The notes beneath the pieces were generated by a model that saw nothing but the letters and a program-made list of their open reading frames with translations, ran no database searches and was not told where the DNA came from. This document shows, piece by piece, positions 39,912 to 50,134 of a DNA stretch of 64,000 nucleotides. The stretch comes from Acidobacteriota bacterium. GTDB lineage: Bacteria > Acidobacteriota > Vicinamibacteria > Vicinamibacterales > UBA2999. Location of the stretch: NCBI GenBank assembly GCA_021730945.1, contig JAKFYH010000035.1, forward strand, positions 7,722-71,721, given 5' to 3'. A program made the translations under genes and the position numbers. Each line of letters starts with the position of its first letter. Positions within the stretch are counted from its first letter, which is position 1.

Positions 39912-41504
39912 TTAAACCGTCGGGCCGGCGGCGGCCACCGCTGGATCCGCGTCGGCGAAGTTGGTCTTGAAGTTGTCCACGAACATCCGAGCCAGCTTGC
40001 CGGCCTGGGCGTCGTAGGCGGCCTTGTCAGCCCACGTCCCGCGCGGATCGAGCACCTCTGCCGGCACGCCCGGCACCGATGTCGGCACGTCGATATTGAA
40101 AATCGGGTGGCGGGTATACGACACCGTGTCGAGCGCGCCCGCCAGCGCCGCGCGGATCATCGCGCGCGTGTAGGCGATCTTCATGCGGCTGCCGACACCG
40201 TGGGGACCGCCGGTCCACCCGGTGTTGACGAGCCAGACGCGCGACTGGTGCCTGGCGATCCGCTCGCCGAGCTGCTTGGCATAGACGTTCGGGTTGAGCG
40301 GCAGAAACGGCGCGCCGAAACACGTGCTGAACGTGGCGCTCGGTTCGGTGACGCCCTTCTCCGTGCCGGCCACTTTCGCGGTGTAGCCCGACAGGTAGTG
40401 ATACATCGCGCCCTCCGCCGACAGGCGGGCAATCGGCGGCAGCACGCCGTAGGCGTCAGCCGTCAGCATCACGATGTTCTGGGGATGTCCGCCGCTGCCT
40501 GACGGCACGGCGTTGTCGATGAACTCGATCGGGTAAGCGCCGCGGGTATTCTCGGTGAGCGAGCCGTCATCGAAGTTCAGCATCCGGCTGTTCGGATCCA
40601 TCACCACGTTCTCGAGCACCGTGCCAAAACGGCGCGTGGTCTGGTAGATCTGCGGTTCGGCCTCGGCCGACAACCGGATCATCTTCGCGTAGCAGCCGCC
40701 CTCGAAGTTGAAGACGCCGCGATCGCTCCAGCCGTGCTCATCGTCGCCAATCAGCTGGCGGTCGGGGTCGCTCGACAGCGTGGTCTTGCCCGTGCCCGAC
40801 AACCCGAAGAACAGCGCCGTGTCGCCGCCCGCACCGATGTTGGCCGAGCAGTGCATGGCCAGCACATGGCGCAAGGGCAGCAAGTAGTTGAGAACCGTGA
40901 AGATCGACTTCTTGTTCTCACCGGCGTAGCTGGTGCCGCAGATCAGCACTTCGCGCGAGGCAAAGTTGACGGCAATCGCCACTTCGGATCGGGTGCCATG
41001 ACGCGCCGGATCCGCCTTGAAGGTCGGCGCGGTCAGCACGGTGAACTGCGGCTCGAAGCCGGCCAGGTCGGCGGCCGACGGGACGATGAACAGGTTGCGC
41101 ACAAACAGGCTGTGCCACGCATATTCCTGGATGAACCGCACGGGCAAGCGGAACTCGGCGTCGGCGCCGGCGTGCAGGTCCTGCACGAAGAGCTCCTGGC
41201 CCTTGAGGTGCGCGACGATGTCCTTGCGCAGCCGGTCGAATTGGGCGGGCTCGATCGGGCGATTCACCTTGCCCCACCAGACGTGGGCCTCGCTCGATGG
41301 CTCCTTGACCACGAACTTGTCGTTGGGAGACCGGCCAGTGTGGGCGCCGGTGCGGCAGACCAGAGGACCGTCGGCCGCGATCAGGCCTTCCTGGCGGCGA
41401 ATCGCGTGTTCATAAAGCGTCGGCGCCGACAAGTTGAAGTGAACCGGCTTGGTCGAATGAACGCCGTGGGCCTCCAAATTCCGCCCCACCTGTGCAGTAC
41501 TCAT
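39912..41504 (-). CDS. pckA: phosphoenolpyruvate carboxykinase (ATP)
   Basis: [24 protein letters not shown] (kinase-1a) and IGDDEHGW. Start trimmed to MSTAQVG (ATG 41504), giving ~530 aa. Confidence 0.95.
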   Translation of the reverse strand: MSTAQVGRNLEAHGVHSTKPVHFNLSAPTLYEHAIRRQEGLIAADGPLVCRTGAHTGRSPNDKFVVKEPSSEAHVWWGKVNRPIEPAQFDRLRKDIVAHLKGQELFVQDLHAGADAEFRLPVRFIQEYAWHSLFVRNLFIVPSAADLAGFEPQFTVLTAPTFKADPARHGTRSEVAIAVNFASREVLICGTSYAGENKKSIFTVLNYLLPLRHVLAMHCSANIGAGGDTALFFGLSGTGKTTLSSDPDRQLIGDDEHGWSDRGVFNFEGGCYAKMIRLSAEAEPQIYQTTRRFGTVLENVVMDPNSRMLNFDDGSLTENTRGAYPIEFIDNAVPSGSGGHPQNIVMLTADAYGVLPPIARLSAEGAMYHYLSGYTAKVAGTEKGVTEPSATFSTCFGAPFLPLNPNVYAKQLGERIARHQSRVWLVNTGWTGGPHGVGSRMKIAYTRAMIRAALAGALDTVSYTRHPIFNIDVPTSVPGVPAEVLDPRGTWADKAAYDAQAGKLARMFVDNFKTNFADADPAVAAAGPTV

Positions 41505-41625
41505 GAAATATGACTCCAAAACCCGGCCGGTATCTGCCGGCCGCATCCAAAGGGTGAATGGTACAGATTGAAAAGGCGCTAAGTCAATCGCGTACGCGGA
41601 CTTGGGCCGACACTGGTAAACTACG

Positions 41626-41652
41626 GTAAACGCGCGGACCCCTGAATCCGTA
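41626..41652 (+). promoter_or_regulatory. candidate ECF-type promoter (GTAAAC-N17-CGTA) upstream of the ECF sigma gene
   Basis: GTAAACGC at 41626-41633 and CGTA at 41649-41652. Same motif and spacing as at 42865-42891. Caveat: the CGTA lies only 3 nt before ATG 41656. Confidence 0.4.
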
Positions 41653-41655
41653 GAC

Positions 41656-42303
41656 ATGGCAGGACAACCCAAGCCCGACCACGACGCCCAGCCCCGTCCC
41701 GCCGACGGCGCCCATCCCTCGCCGGCCTCTGTACTGGCAGCGGAGATCAAGGCGCTGGTGATACGCGGCGAGCGAGAGGAAGCCCGGGAACGGTTCGGGT
41801 CGCTGGTGGTCCTGCTGCAGCGGCGCGCGGTGCGTATTGCCTTTCAGTACCTCCGCGATGTCGCCGACGCCGACGAAGCGGTCCAGGACGCCTTTGTAAA
41901 GGTGTTCCTGCACATCGAGCGATATCGGGACGATTTGCCGTTCGAGGTCTGGTTCACGCGGATCCTGGTGAACGCGGCGCTTGACCGGCTCAAGGCGCGG
42001 GCCCGGCAGCAACGCTGGATCAGCCATTCGACCGACGAGGACGAAGGCCGGCGGATGGAGCAAGTCGCCGGTACCGAGGCCTCAAACGAGCGGCGACTGC
42101 TGGCCCAGGAGCGATGGGCCGAGGTCACCGAAGCCGTCGCCAGCCTGCCGGACCGTCAGCGGCTGGTGTTTACGCTTCGTCACTTGGACGAACGAACCCC
42201 GGCGGAAATCAGCGCCGCCACGGGAATGAGCCAGGCCACGGTGCGGGTGCACCTGTTTCGGGCCCTGCGAAAGTTACGAGGAGTCTTGGGAGGTCCAGTA
42301 TGA
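41656..42303 (+). CDS. ECF-family RNA polymerase sigma factor
   Basis: Region 2 ([23 protein letters not shown]...[15 protein letters not shown]) and region 4 ([44 protein letters not shown]). Start uncertain. Confidence 0.9.
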   Translation: MAGQPKPDHDAQPRPADGAHPSPASVLAAEIKALVIRGEREEARERFGSLVVLLQRRAVRIAFQYLRDVADADEAVQDAFVKVFLHIERYRDDLPFEVWFTRILVNAALDRLKARARQQRWISHSTDEDEGRRMEQVAGTEASNERRLLAQERWAEVTEAVASLPDRQRLVFTLRHLDERTPAEISAATGMSQATVRVHLFRALRKLRGVLGGPV

Positions 42304-42788
42304 ACCGACGCGATGGCACCGAGTCGAGCAGGCACATGGCACTCGAGGCGTACCGGGCGGCCGCTCAGGCCGAAGCCGATGCCCACTTCGACGACCGCGC
42401 CTTGGAGACCCAGCGGCACAAGATTCTTGCGCGGCTCGCCCACCTGGGTCAGTCAGCCCGCGTCATCCCGTTCCCGCACGCCACGCCGGCCGAGGCACCG
42501 GCCTCCGGGGTCAACCGCCGCTGGATCAGCGTGGCGGCCGCCGCCGGCCTGATCATCGGCCTGCTGGGCGGCCAGATCGTCAACTTGATGCCCACGCCGG
42601 CCAGGCGCCAGTCCCCCATGGCTTCGTCCATGGCCCCGAGCGCCGGCACCGCCAACGGCTTCGTCCCCACCCGGGTCACGCTGACTCAGGAAGACAGCCT
42701 GCTTGATGACGTCGACTTTGCCGTCCAGGTCCGCAGCGTCAGCGAACTGCAGATTCTCGACGAACTCACCCCGTTTCACGAGCAATAG
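42300..42788 (+). CDS. putative anti-sigma factor (single-pass membrane protein, no zf-HC2 motif)
   Basis: ATGA overlap with the sigma stop. One TM helix (WISVAAAAGLIIGLLGGQIV). Assigned by position only. Confidence 0.55.
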   Translation: MNRRDGTESSRHMALEAYRAAAQAEADAHFDDRALETQRHKILARLAHLGQSARVIPFPHATPAEAPASGVNRRWISVAAAAGLIIGLLGGQIVNLMPTPARRQSPMASSMAPSAGTANGFVPTRVTLTQEDSLLDDVDFAVQVRSVSELQILDELTPFHEQ

Positions 42789-42864
42789 GCGGCCAACACT
42801 CCCTCATGGTTTGGCCCCGTTCAACCCCCCTTGCGCCTTGGTCCTCCAGCTCGACCGCCAAATC

Positions 42865-42891
42865 GTAAACGCCCAACCCCGGCCGGTCGTA
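42865..42891 (+). promoter_or_regulatory. candidate ECF-type promoter (GTAAAC-N17-CGTA) upstream of the spy-like/tolC/MFP/RND operon
   Basis: GTAAACGC at 42865-42872 and CGTA at 42888-42891, 13 nt upstream of ATG 42905. Confidence 0.45.
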
Positions 42892-42904
42892 ACGGTAATG
42901 AGCC

Positions 42905-43372
42905 ATGCAGATCCTACGTAAGTCGTTCATTTGTTTAGCCTTGTCTCTGGTTGTCGCCGGCGCGCAACCGTCCGCGGCCCAGAGCTACAAGTGGTGGCAG
43001 GCCGAGAATTTCCAGAAGGGCCTGTCGCTCTCCCAGGAACAGATCGACCGCATCGAGGCGATCTTCCAGACGGCCTTGCCGCAACTGCGCGCCCAGAAGT
43101 CGGCCCTCGACAAGCTCGAACGCGCGCTGTCGCGGGTCATTACCGACTCCACCTCCGACGAGGCCGCGGTGCTGCAGGCGGCCGAGCGGATGGAAGCGGC
43201 GCGCGCCGAGATGAGCCGGACCCGCACGCTGCAGTTGTTCCGCATTCGCCGGGTCCTGTCCGACGAGCAGAACGCCAAGTTGAAAGAGATGCACGACCAC
43301 GACCGGCGCGAGCGGGAACGGGAACGGGAGCGGAAGCCCAAGGGCGAACGCTTCGACGACGCGCGCCGCTAA
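42905..43372 (+). CDS. periplasmic Spy/CpxP-family (LTXXQ-motif) protein
   Basis: Signal peptide MQILRKSFICLALSLVVAGAQPSAAQ. Two LxxxQ-type motifs (LSLSQEQ, LSDEQ) in a helical protein with a charged RERERER tail. Confidence 0.72.
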   Translation: MQILRKSFICLALSLVVAGAQPSAAQSYKWWQAENFQKGLSLSQEQIDRIEAIFQTALPQLRAQKSALDKLERALSRVITDSTSDEAAVLQAAERMEAARAEMSRTRTLQLFRIRRVLSDEQNAKLKEMHDHDRRERERERERKPKGERFDDARR

Positions 43373-43404
43373 CCTCCACAGGCCCAGAGACCCATTTGCA
43401 GACC

Positions 43405-45096
43405 ATGAGATTCCTCACGAGTACGTTTGTTGCAGCCGCCGCATGCGCCGTGGCTGCGCCGCACCTCTTCGCGCAATCGAGCCTCACCGAGGCGGCACGC
43501 CAGGAGGCGGTGATCCAGCAGGCTGTGCAGCTCTACCGGCAGGGCCTGGATGACCTGTCGCCGGCGCCCTCGGGCATCACGACGCAGCCCGGCACCACCT
43601 CGGGTGCGCAGCGCGAACTCCGCATTGAGGAATCAGTGGCGATCGCCCTGGAGCAGAACCTCGACATCCAGGTGGCGCGCCTTGAGCCGCAGTCGGTGGA
43701 CTTCCTGATCGCCGGCTTCCGCAACACGTATCGGCCGTCGGCCACCTCGACCCTCGGGCTGCGTGATCAGTACCAGTTGCCCACCAGCAGCCTGAACGGC
43801 GGCACCAAGGTCAACAACGGCACGACCACGTACAACTTCGGCCTGGCGCAGAACGTCAACAAGTTCGGCGGCAGCTACACGGTGAACTGGTCGAACTCGC
43901 GCGTCGAGACGTCGAACACGTTCTCGACCTTCAATCCCAGCTTCACCACCAACCTGGTGGCGGCTTACACCCAGCCGCTGTTGCGTGGCTTCAAGATTGA
44001 CAACACGCGCCAGCAGCTCCAGGTCAACCTGATCAACCGCGAGATCTCCGAAGAGAGCGCGCGCGCCACCATCACTCAGACGCTGGCGAACGTGCGCAAC
44101 GCCTACTGGGACCTGGTGTTCGCCCAAAGCGCGGTCGACGTGGCACAGCGTGCGACCGAACTGTCGGACAAGCTGGTGGTCGACAACCAGGCCCGCGTTG
44201 AGGTCGGCACGCTCGCGCCCCTCGACATCGTGCAGGCCCAGGCCGAAGCGGCGACCCGCCGCCAGAACCTGGCCGCGGCCGAGGCCACGGCGCAGACCGC
44301 GGAACTGACGCTCAAGCGCTTCCTCGTGAGTGGCACCGACGACCCGCTGTGGCGCCAGACCATTCGTCCGGTGGACCTGCCGGAACTTGGTCCGGCCCCG
44401 GCCGACATCGACGGCGCCATTCGCCGGGCCCTCGACCAGCGCACCGACGTGCTGACGGCCCGCAAGAACCTCGACTCGAACGACGTCAGCCTGCGGTTCT
44501 TCAAGAACCAGTCCATGCCCGCGGTGGACCTCAACGCCAGCTACGGCGCCCAGGGTGTCGGCGGCACCGCCATCGTCCGGACCGGTCCGCTCGGCAATCA
44601 GACCGTCTCCCAGATCATTCCCGGCGGCTATGGCGACGCGCTCTCGCTGTTGAAGGCGCGCGATTATCCGACCTGGAACCTGAGCCTCACCATGAGCTAT
44701 CCGATCGGCGGCAACCAGGCCGATGCCCAACTGGCGCGCACGCGCCTGCAGCGCACACAGGCCCTCACCCGGTTACGCGCGCTCGAGGTGCAGATTGCCG
44801 CCGAGGTGGCCAATGCGGCCCTCACGGTGCAAAGCAACCTGAAGCGCGTGGAGGCGGCCACTGCGGCGCGCGAACTCGCCATGAAGCGGCTCGAGGCCGA
44901 ACAGAGCCGCTTCGAAGTGGGCCTGACCACCAACTTCTTCGTCGTCCAGGCGCAGCGCGACCTGCGCGATGCGCAGAACACTGAACTGCGCGCCCTGGCC
45001 GACTACCGCAAGTCGCTGGTCAACTTCGAGCGAGCCCAGCAGTCGCCCGCGGGCGGTGGTGGCGGTGGGTTGAACGCCAGCACCGGCGGCCAGTAA
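43405..45096 (+). CDS. TolC-family outer membrane efflux protein
   Basis: Start at MRFLTSTFVAAAACAVAAPHLFAQ (signal peptide). Two tandem TolC repeats with typical motifs (ALEQNLDIQVARLE...; AQRDLRDAQ...Y). Confidence 0.9.
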   Translation: MRFLTSTFVAAAACAVAAPHLFAQSSLTEAARQEAVIQQAVQLYRQGLDDLSPAPSGITTQPGTTSGAQRELRIEESVAIALEQNLDIQVARLEPQSVDFLIAGFRNTYRPSATSTLGLRDQYQLPTSSLNGGTKVNNGTTTYNFGLAQNVNKFGGSYTVNWSNSRVETSNTFSTFNPSFTTNLVAAYTQPLLRGFKIDNTRQQLQVNLINREISEESARATITQTLANVRNAYWDLVFAQSAVDVAQRATELSDKLVVDNQARVEVGTLAPLDIVQAQAEAATRRQNLAAAEATAQTAELTLKRFLVSGTDDPLWRQTIRPVDLPELGPAPADIDGAIRRALDQRTDVLTARKNLDSNDVSLRFFKNQSMPAVDLNASYGAQGVGGTAIVRTGPLGNQTVSQIIPGGYGDALSLLKARDYPTWNLSLTMSYPIGGNQADAQLARTRLQRTQALTRLRALEVQIAAEVANAALTVQSNLKRVEAATAARELAMKRLEAEQSRFEVGLTTNFFVVQAQRDLRDAQNTELRALADYRKSLVNFERAQQSPAGGGGGGLNASTGGQ

Positions 45097-45138
45097 CGCG
45101 CGAATCGATTGATTGAGCAAGGTTAGAGACGGACTTTT

Positions 45139-46500
45139 ATGCGTAAATTTGTGTTGATTGGTGTGGTGGTGGCCGTGGCTGGCGGTGCCGCCGCTTACTT
45201 CGGTGTCTTCTCCAGTCCTGCTGCCGCGCCCGCTGGTGCAGGCGGACAGCAGGCAGGCGCCGCTGGCGCCCAGCGCAGCCAGAGCCAGGGTGGCGGCGGT
45301 GGCGGCTTCCCCGGCGGAGGCGGATTCGGCGGCGGTGGCGGCGGCCCGCGCGCCCCAATGACGGTGGCGATGGACAGGGTCAAGAAGGGCGACTTGGCCG
45401 CGCACCTCACCGTCGTCGGCAATTTGATCGGGCTCCAGACCGTCGACGTCGCCCCGCGCACCAACGGGCGGCTGATGACTGTGTCGGTGCAGATGGGCGA
45501 CCCGGTCCGTCGCGGCCAGGTCATCGGCAAGATCGAGGATCGCGAAATCGTCGAACAGGTGAGCCAGGCACAGGCCTCTCAACAGGTGTCGAAAGCGACC
45601 ATCCGCCAGCGCGAGGCCGACCTCAAGGTCGCGCAAGTCAACTTCGACCGTTCGAAGAACCTGTTCGATCGGCAGTTGCTCGCCAAGCAGGCGCTCGACG
45701 ATGCCGAGAGCCGCTTTCTCGCGGCCGAAGCGCAGATCGATCTCTCGAAGGCGCAGCTCGCCCAGGCCGAGGCGCGTCTCGAGGAACTGAAGATCAACCT
45801 GCAGAACACTACCGTCACCTCGCCGGTGGATGGCTTCGTCGGCAAGCGCAACGTCGACCCCGGCGCCATGGTGTCGCAGAACTCGCCGATCGTGTCGGTG
45901 GTGGACATCTCGCGGCTGAAGATGGTCGTCAACGTGGTTGAGAAGGACATCCGCATGGTTACCGTTGGCGACAGCGGCGATGTCGACGTCGATGCCTACC
46001 CCGGCGAGAAGTTTCGCGGCCGCATTGCCCGCGTCGCGCCGGTCCTGGACCCGGCGACGCGGACGGCCTCGATGGAAATCGAAATTGCCAACAACGACAA
46101 CCGGCTGAAGCCCGGCATGTACGCCCGGGTCACGCTCACCGTGGAAGAGCGCAAGGACACGCTGGTGGCGCCCAAGGGCGCCGTGGTCGACTTCGAAAAT
46201 CAGCGCGGCGTGTGGATTCCCAATCAGGACAACCGGGCCAAGTTCGTGCCGGTGAAGCTCGGTATTGAAGACACGGAGCAGATCGAAATCCTGGCCGGCC
46301 TGAAGGAAGGTGACCAGATTGTCACCACCGGAGCGACCGCCGTTCGCAACAACGATCAGTTGGTGGTGGCTGGCGCCGCTCCCGGCGGCCCGGGTGGTAG
46401 CGGTGGACGCGGCGGCCGTGGCGGCCCGGGTGGTAGCGGTGGACGCGGCGGACCCGCGGGCGCTGGCAACGCCCCGGCGGGCCAGCGACCGCCTCAGTAA
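45139..46500 (+). CDS. efflux RND transporter periplasmic adaptor (MFP/HlyD family) with Gly-rich N- and C-terminal low-complexity segments
   Basis: Lipoyl/barrel core (VGNLIGLQTVDVAPRTNGRL...GDPVRRGQVIGKIEDRE; coiled-coil LAQAEARLEELKINLQNTTVTSPVDGFVG). N-terminal TM anchor. Confidence 0.9.
   Translation: MRKFVLIGVVVAVAGGAAAYFGVFSSPAAAPAGAGGQQAGAAGAQRSQSQGGGGGGFPGGGGFGGGGGGPRAPMTVAMDRVKKGDLAAHLTVVGNLIGLQTVDVAPRTNGRLMTVSVQMGDPVRRGQVIGKIEDREIVEQVSQAQASQQVSKATIRQREADLKVAQVNFDRSKNLFDRQLLAKQALDDAESRFLAAEAQIDLSKAQLAQAEARLEELKINLQNTTVTSPVDGFVGKRNVDPGAMVSQNSPIVSVVDISRLKMVVNVVEKDIRMVTVGDSGDVDVDAYPGEKFRGRIARVAPVLDPATRTASMEIEIANNDNRLKPGMYARVTLTVEERKDTLVAPKGAVVDFENQRGVWIPNQDNRAKFVPVKLGIEDTEQIEILAGLKEGDQIVTTGATAVRNNDQLVVAGAAPGGPGGSGGRGGRGGPGGSGGRGGPAGAGNAPAGQRPPQ
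46387..46458 (+). repeat. 36-bp tandem duplication inside the MFP 3' end
   Basis: GGCCCGGGTGGTAGCGGTGGACGCGGCGG occurs at 46387 and again at 46423. It encodes a duplicated GPGGSGGRGG. Confidence 0.8.
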
Positions 46501-46569
46501 GTTTGCACGTGCGACGTTGAAGTTTGGCAGTTAACAGTTCCAGTTCCAGAACCGACGGCGAGTCCACAT

Positions 46570-49500
46570 ATGAGTATTCCGCGCATAGCCATCGAACGTC
46601 CCGTCACGATGTTCATGATCAGCATGGTCATCATTTTGCTGGGTGGCATCTCGCTCACCCGGCTGCCGGTTGACCTGATGCCCGATACCCAGATGCCCAC
46701 CATCACGGTGCGCGTCAATTACTCCGGCGTCGGGCCGCTGGAGATGGAAGAACTGGTGACCCGGCCAATCGAGCAGGCGGTGAGCGCGGTCGCCGGCCTC
46801 GAACGGGTCGACTCGACTTCGTCCGAGGGCAACGCCAACATCCGCCTGAACTTCGCCTGGGGCACCGACCTCAGCGAGGCGGCGGATGAAGTGCGGACCC
46901 GCCTCGACCGCGTGCGCGGCCGCATGCCGGAAGACGCCGACCCGCCGACGGTATTCAAGTTCGACTCGACCTCGATGCCAATCATGGGCATTGGCGTCGA
47001 AGGCGACTTCGATGCCGTGACGCTGCGTGAACTGGCGCAAAACGACCTGTCGCCACGCCTGGAGCGGGTCGCCGGCGTCGCCGCCGTGACCATCAACGGC
47101 GGCCTGCGCCGCCAGATTCGCGTCGACCTCTCGCGCGAGAAGCTCACCGGACTCAATCTGTCGCCGGATCGCATCGTGCAGATTCTACGCACCGAGAACC
47201 AGAACATCCCGCTCGGTGAGGTCAACGATGCCGACCGCACCCTGCTGCTGCGCAGCCCTGGGCAGTTCACCAACATCGAGGAGGTTCGCAACCTCGTGGT
47301 CCTGACCCGGGCCGGCGTGCCGGTCTACCTCAAGGACATCGCCGACGTCCGCGACACCACCGAGGACCGCCGGTCCTTCATGCGCATCAACGGCACCCCC
47401 GGCATCCGCATGCAGGTGACCAAGCAGTCGGGCACCAACACCATCCAGATTGCCGAAGGCGTGAAGAAGGAGATCGACAAGATCAACGCCGAGGTTGACG
47501 GTGTCAAGTTGCAGGTCCTCGACGACCAGTCGAAGTTCATCGACCGCGCCATCGGCAGCGTGACCGAGCACGCCATGATCGGCGGCCTGCTGGTCGTGGC
47601 CATCATCTTCCTGTTCCTGCGCGACATCAAGTCGACCCTGATCATTTGCACCTCGATTCCGGTCTCGGTGATCGGCACCTTCGCGTTGCTGTATTTCGGC
47701 GGCTATACGCTCAACACCCTGACCTTCGGCGGGTTGGCGCTCGGCATCGGCATGATCGTTGACGCCGCGATCGTCGTACTCGAGAACACCTACCGGCATC
47801 TCGAAATGGGCAAGGACCGCATCACGGCCGCCATCGATGGCAGCGAAGAGGTCTGGTCGGCGATTCTGGCGTCGACACTCACCCACATTGCGGTGTTCGT
47901 GCCGATGCTGTTCCTCACCGGAGTGTCCAGCATCATGTTCGGCCAGTTGGCCGCGGTGGTGTCGTTCTCGCTGGCCATGTCGTTGCTGGTCGCGGTGACC
48001 ATTGTCCCGGTGCTGTGCTCGCGAATGCTTGACGCGCCGAACAAGGCGCACGCCGGCAGCGGCCTGATGGCCGGCCTCAATCGCAAGGTCGACGGCGCGC
48101 TCGACGCGCTCGACGAGTTCTATGCCCGCGCGCTCCACACGGCGCTCAATCACCGCCCCACCGTCTTCGCCACCGGCATTGCCCTGTTCGCCGTGGCGGT
48201 GTTCCTCCTCCCGCGCATCGGGTTCGAGTTTCAACCGCAGACCGACGAGGGCGAGGTCACGGTGGACGCCGAACTCGCGGTGGGTTCACGGCTCGAGCGC
48301 ACCGAAGCGGTGTTGATCGGCCTGGAAGAACGTATTCGCCAGACCGTGCCGGAAGCGGTCATGATCATCACCCAGGTCAACGGCGGCGGCGGCTTCGGTG
48401 GCGGCTCGACCCATCGCGGCAACGTCAACGTCCGCCTGGTGCCGCGCACCGAGCGCACCCGCAGCAGTGAAGAGATTTCCATGCAGTTGCGGCGCGAGCT
48501 CGCCGGCCTCCCCGGCGTCATTGTCCGCGCCCGTCCGTCGGGCGGCCAGCAGATGCGCGGCATGGGCGGCGGCGGCACCGATAGCCGGTTGTCGATCGAG
48601 ATCCTTGGCCACGACTTGAACACCTCCAAGACCATTGCCCAGGACCTGAAGGCCATGCTCGACACCACGCCCGGCATCGCCGACTCGCGCCTGCAGCGCG
48701 AGGAAGGCCGGCCCGAGCTCGCCGTGCGCGTCGACCGCGACAAGGCCGCCCTGCTCGGGCTGACGGTCACCGGCGTCGCCAACACCATCCGCACCAACGT
48801 GGCCGGCACGCAGGCCGCGATGTATCGCGATGCCGGCAACGAGTACCCGATCATCGTCCGCCTGCGCGAGGAGGATCGCCAGGAGGTCGCGGAAGTGGGC
48901 GACGTCCTGCTGAGCACGCCGGCCGGCCAGGTGCTGCCGGCCAAGAATGTCATGGTGATTGCCCGCGAGACCGGTCCGGTATCGATCGAGCGCAAGAACC
49001 AGGAGCGCGTCCAGCGCGTCAACGCCGAGACCGAGACCACGCTCAGTGAAGCAGTGGCCGCGGTCCAGGCCCGCATGGGCGAAATCAACGTGCCGAAGGA
49101 TTTTGCGGTCGGGTTCGGCAACGAGGTGGAGGAACAGGCCAAGTCGTTCAACGAACTGCGCCTGGTGCTGATCCTCGCCATCATCCTGGTCTATACGGTC
49201 ATGGCCTCGCAGTACGAGTCCCTGAGGGATCCGTTCATCATCATCTTCTCGATCCCGCTGGCGGCGATCGGCGTGGTCGGCATGCTGATGATTACCAACA
49301 CGCCCTTTAGTATGCAGGCCTATATCGGGGTCATCATGCTGGCCGGCATCGTCGTCAGCAACGCCATCCTGCTGGTCGACTACACCAACACGCTGCGCCA
49401 TCGCGACAAGATGGAACTGCGCGCCGCGCTCGAACTGGCCGGACGCCACCGCCTGCGCCCGATCCTGATGACCTCGATGTGCACCGCCCTCGGCCTGGTG

Positions 49501-49689
49501 CCGATGGCGCTCGGCATCGGCGAAGGCGCCGAGCTGCAGGCGCCGCTGGCGCGCGTGGTGATCGGCGGCCTGTTGACGTCCACCATCATCACCCTGGTGT
49601 TCGTGCCGGCGATGTATACGCTGTTTGAAGAGGGTTGGAGCGGAATCTTCAAGCGTGGCGCGATCGCGCCCGCTGAAGCAGGACACTAA
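46570..49689 (+). CDS. efflux RND transporter permease (AcrB/HAE-type)
   Basis: 1039 aa with a 12-TM architecture and two large periplasmic loops. N-terminus ERPVTMFMISMVIILLGGISLTRLPVDLMP is typical of AcrB-family pumps. Confidence 0.96.
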   Translation: MSIPRIAIERPVTMFMISMVIILLGGISLTRLPVDLMPDTQMPTITVRVNYSGVGPLEMEELVTRPIEQAVSAVAGLERVDSTSSEGNANIRLNFAWGTDLSEAADEVRTRLDRVRGRMPEDADPPTVFKFDSTSMPIMGIGVEGDFDAVTLRELAQNDLSPRLERVAGVAAVTINGGLRRQIRVDLSREKLTGLNLSPDRIVQILRTENQNIPLGEVNDADRTLLLRSPGQFTNIEEVRNLVVLTRAGVPVYLKDIADVRDTTEDRRSFMRINGTPGIRMQVTKQSGTNTIQIAEGVKKEIDKINAEVDGVKLQVLDDQSKFIDRAIGSVTEHAMIGGLLVVAIIFLFLRDIKSTLIICTSIPVSVIGTFALLYFGGYTLNTLTFGGLALGIGMIVDAAIVVLENTYRHLEMGKDRITAAIDGSEEVWSAILASTLTHIAVFVPMLFLTGVSSIMFGQLAAVVSFSLAMSLLVAVTIVPVLCSRMLDAPNKAHAGSGLMAGLNRKVDGALDALDEFYARALHTALNHRPTVFATGIALFAVAVFLLPRIGFEFQPQTDEGEVTVDAELAVGSRLERTEAVLIGLEERIRQTVPEAVMIITQVNGGGGFGGGSTHRGNVNVRLVPRTERTRSSEEISMQLRRELAGLPGVIVRARPSGGQQMRGMGGGGTDSRLSIEILGHDLNTSKTIAQDLKAMLDTTPGIADSRLQREEGRPELAVRVDRDKAALLGLTVTGVANTIRTNVAGTQAAMYRDAGNEYPIIVRLREEDRQEVAEVGDVLLSTPAGQVLPAKNVMVIARETGPVSIERKNQERVQRVNAETETTLSEAVAAVQARMGEINVPKDFAVGFGNEVEEQAKSFNELRLVLILAIILVYTVMASQYESLRDPFIIIFSIPLAAIGVVGMLMITNTPFSMQAYIGVIMLAGIVVSNAILLVDYTNTLRHRDKMELRAALELAGRHRLRPILMTSMCTALGLVPMALGIGEGAELQAPLARVVIGGLLTSTIITLVFVPAMYTLFEEGWSGIFKRGAIAPAEAGH

Positions 49690-50134
49690 CCGCGTCCCCG
49701 CTGACCGGATCGACCCAGCCAGGTTCCAGTTCCGCGAGTGGCTCGAGCACGAAGAGCCGCTCGCGGAATCTCGGATGCGGCACCATCAGGCCCGGCGCCA
49801 CCAGCCGCGCATTCCCGTACAGAATCAGATCAAGATCCAGCGTGCGCGCAGCCCCCGGTGAGGGGCGCGCGCGCCCTTCCTCGCGCTCGATCTCCAGCAG
49901 GTGTTGCAGCAGGGCCGGGGCGGCGAGGCTGGTGTGCCCGACCACCACCCCGTTGAGATAGCGCGGCTGGGCGCCGACACCGACCGGCGCGGTGTCGAAC
50001 CAGGTGGAGTGCCGCACATTGGTGAGGATGCCGGCCAGGCGGCCGACGGCAAAGGCGAGGTGCGCCTCACGATTACCCAGGTTGCTGCCCAGGGCGATCG
50101 CGACGGGGATCGGCGGCGCTACTGCCCCGTCCAC
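49649..50134 (-). CDS. folK: 2-amino-4-hydroxy-6-hydroxymethyldihydropteridine diphosphokinase
   Basis: VAIALGSNLGNREAHL...RTLDLDLILYG...VPHPRFRERLFVLEPL. Start placed at GTG 50134 (~162 aa). Its tail converges with and overlaps the RND gene end. Confidence 0.85.
   Translation of the reverse strand: MDGAVAPPIPVAIALGSNLGNREAHLAFAVGRLAGILTNVRHSTWFDTAPVGVGAQPRYLNGVVVGHTSLAAPALLQHLLEIEREEGRARPSPGAARTLDLDLILYGNARLVAPGLMVPHPRFRERLFVLEPLAELEPGWVDPVSGDAVSVLLQRARSRHA

Noticed and set aside
41615-41621. First GGTAAAC copy upstream of the sigma gene as the -35 element.
   Set aside because: No CGT-type -10 lies 16-18 nt downstream of it. Only the second copy (41626-41631) has the CGTA at the same spacing as the operon site.
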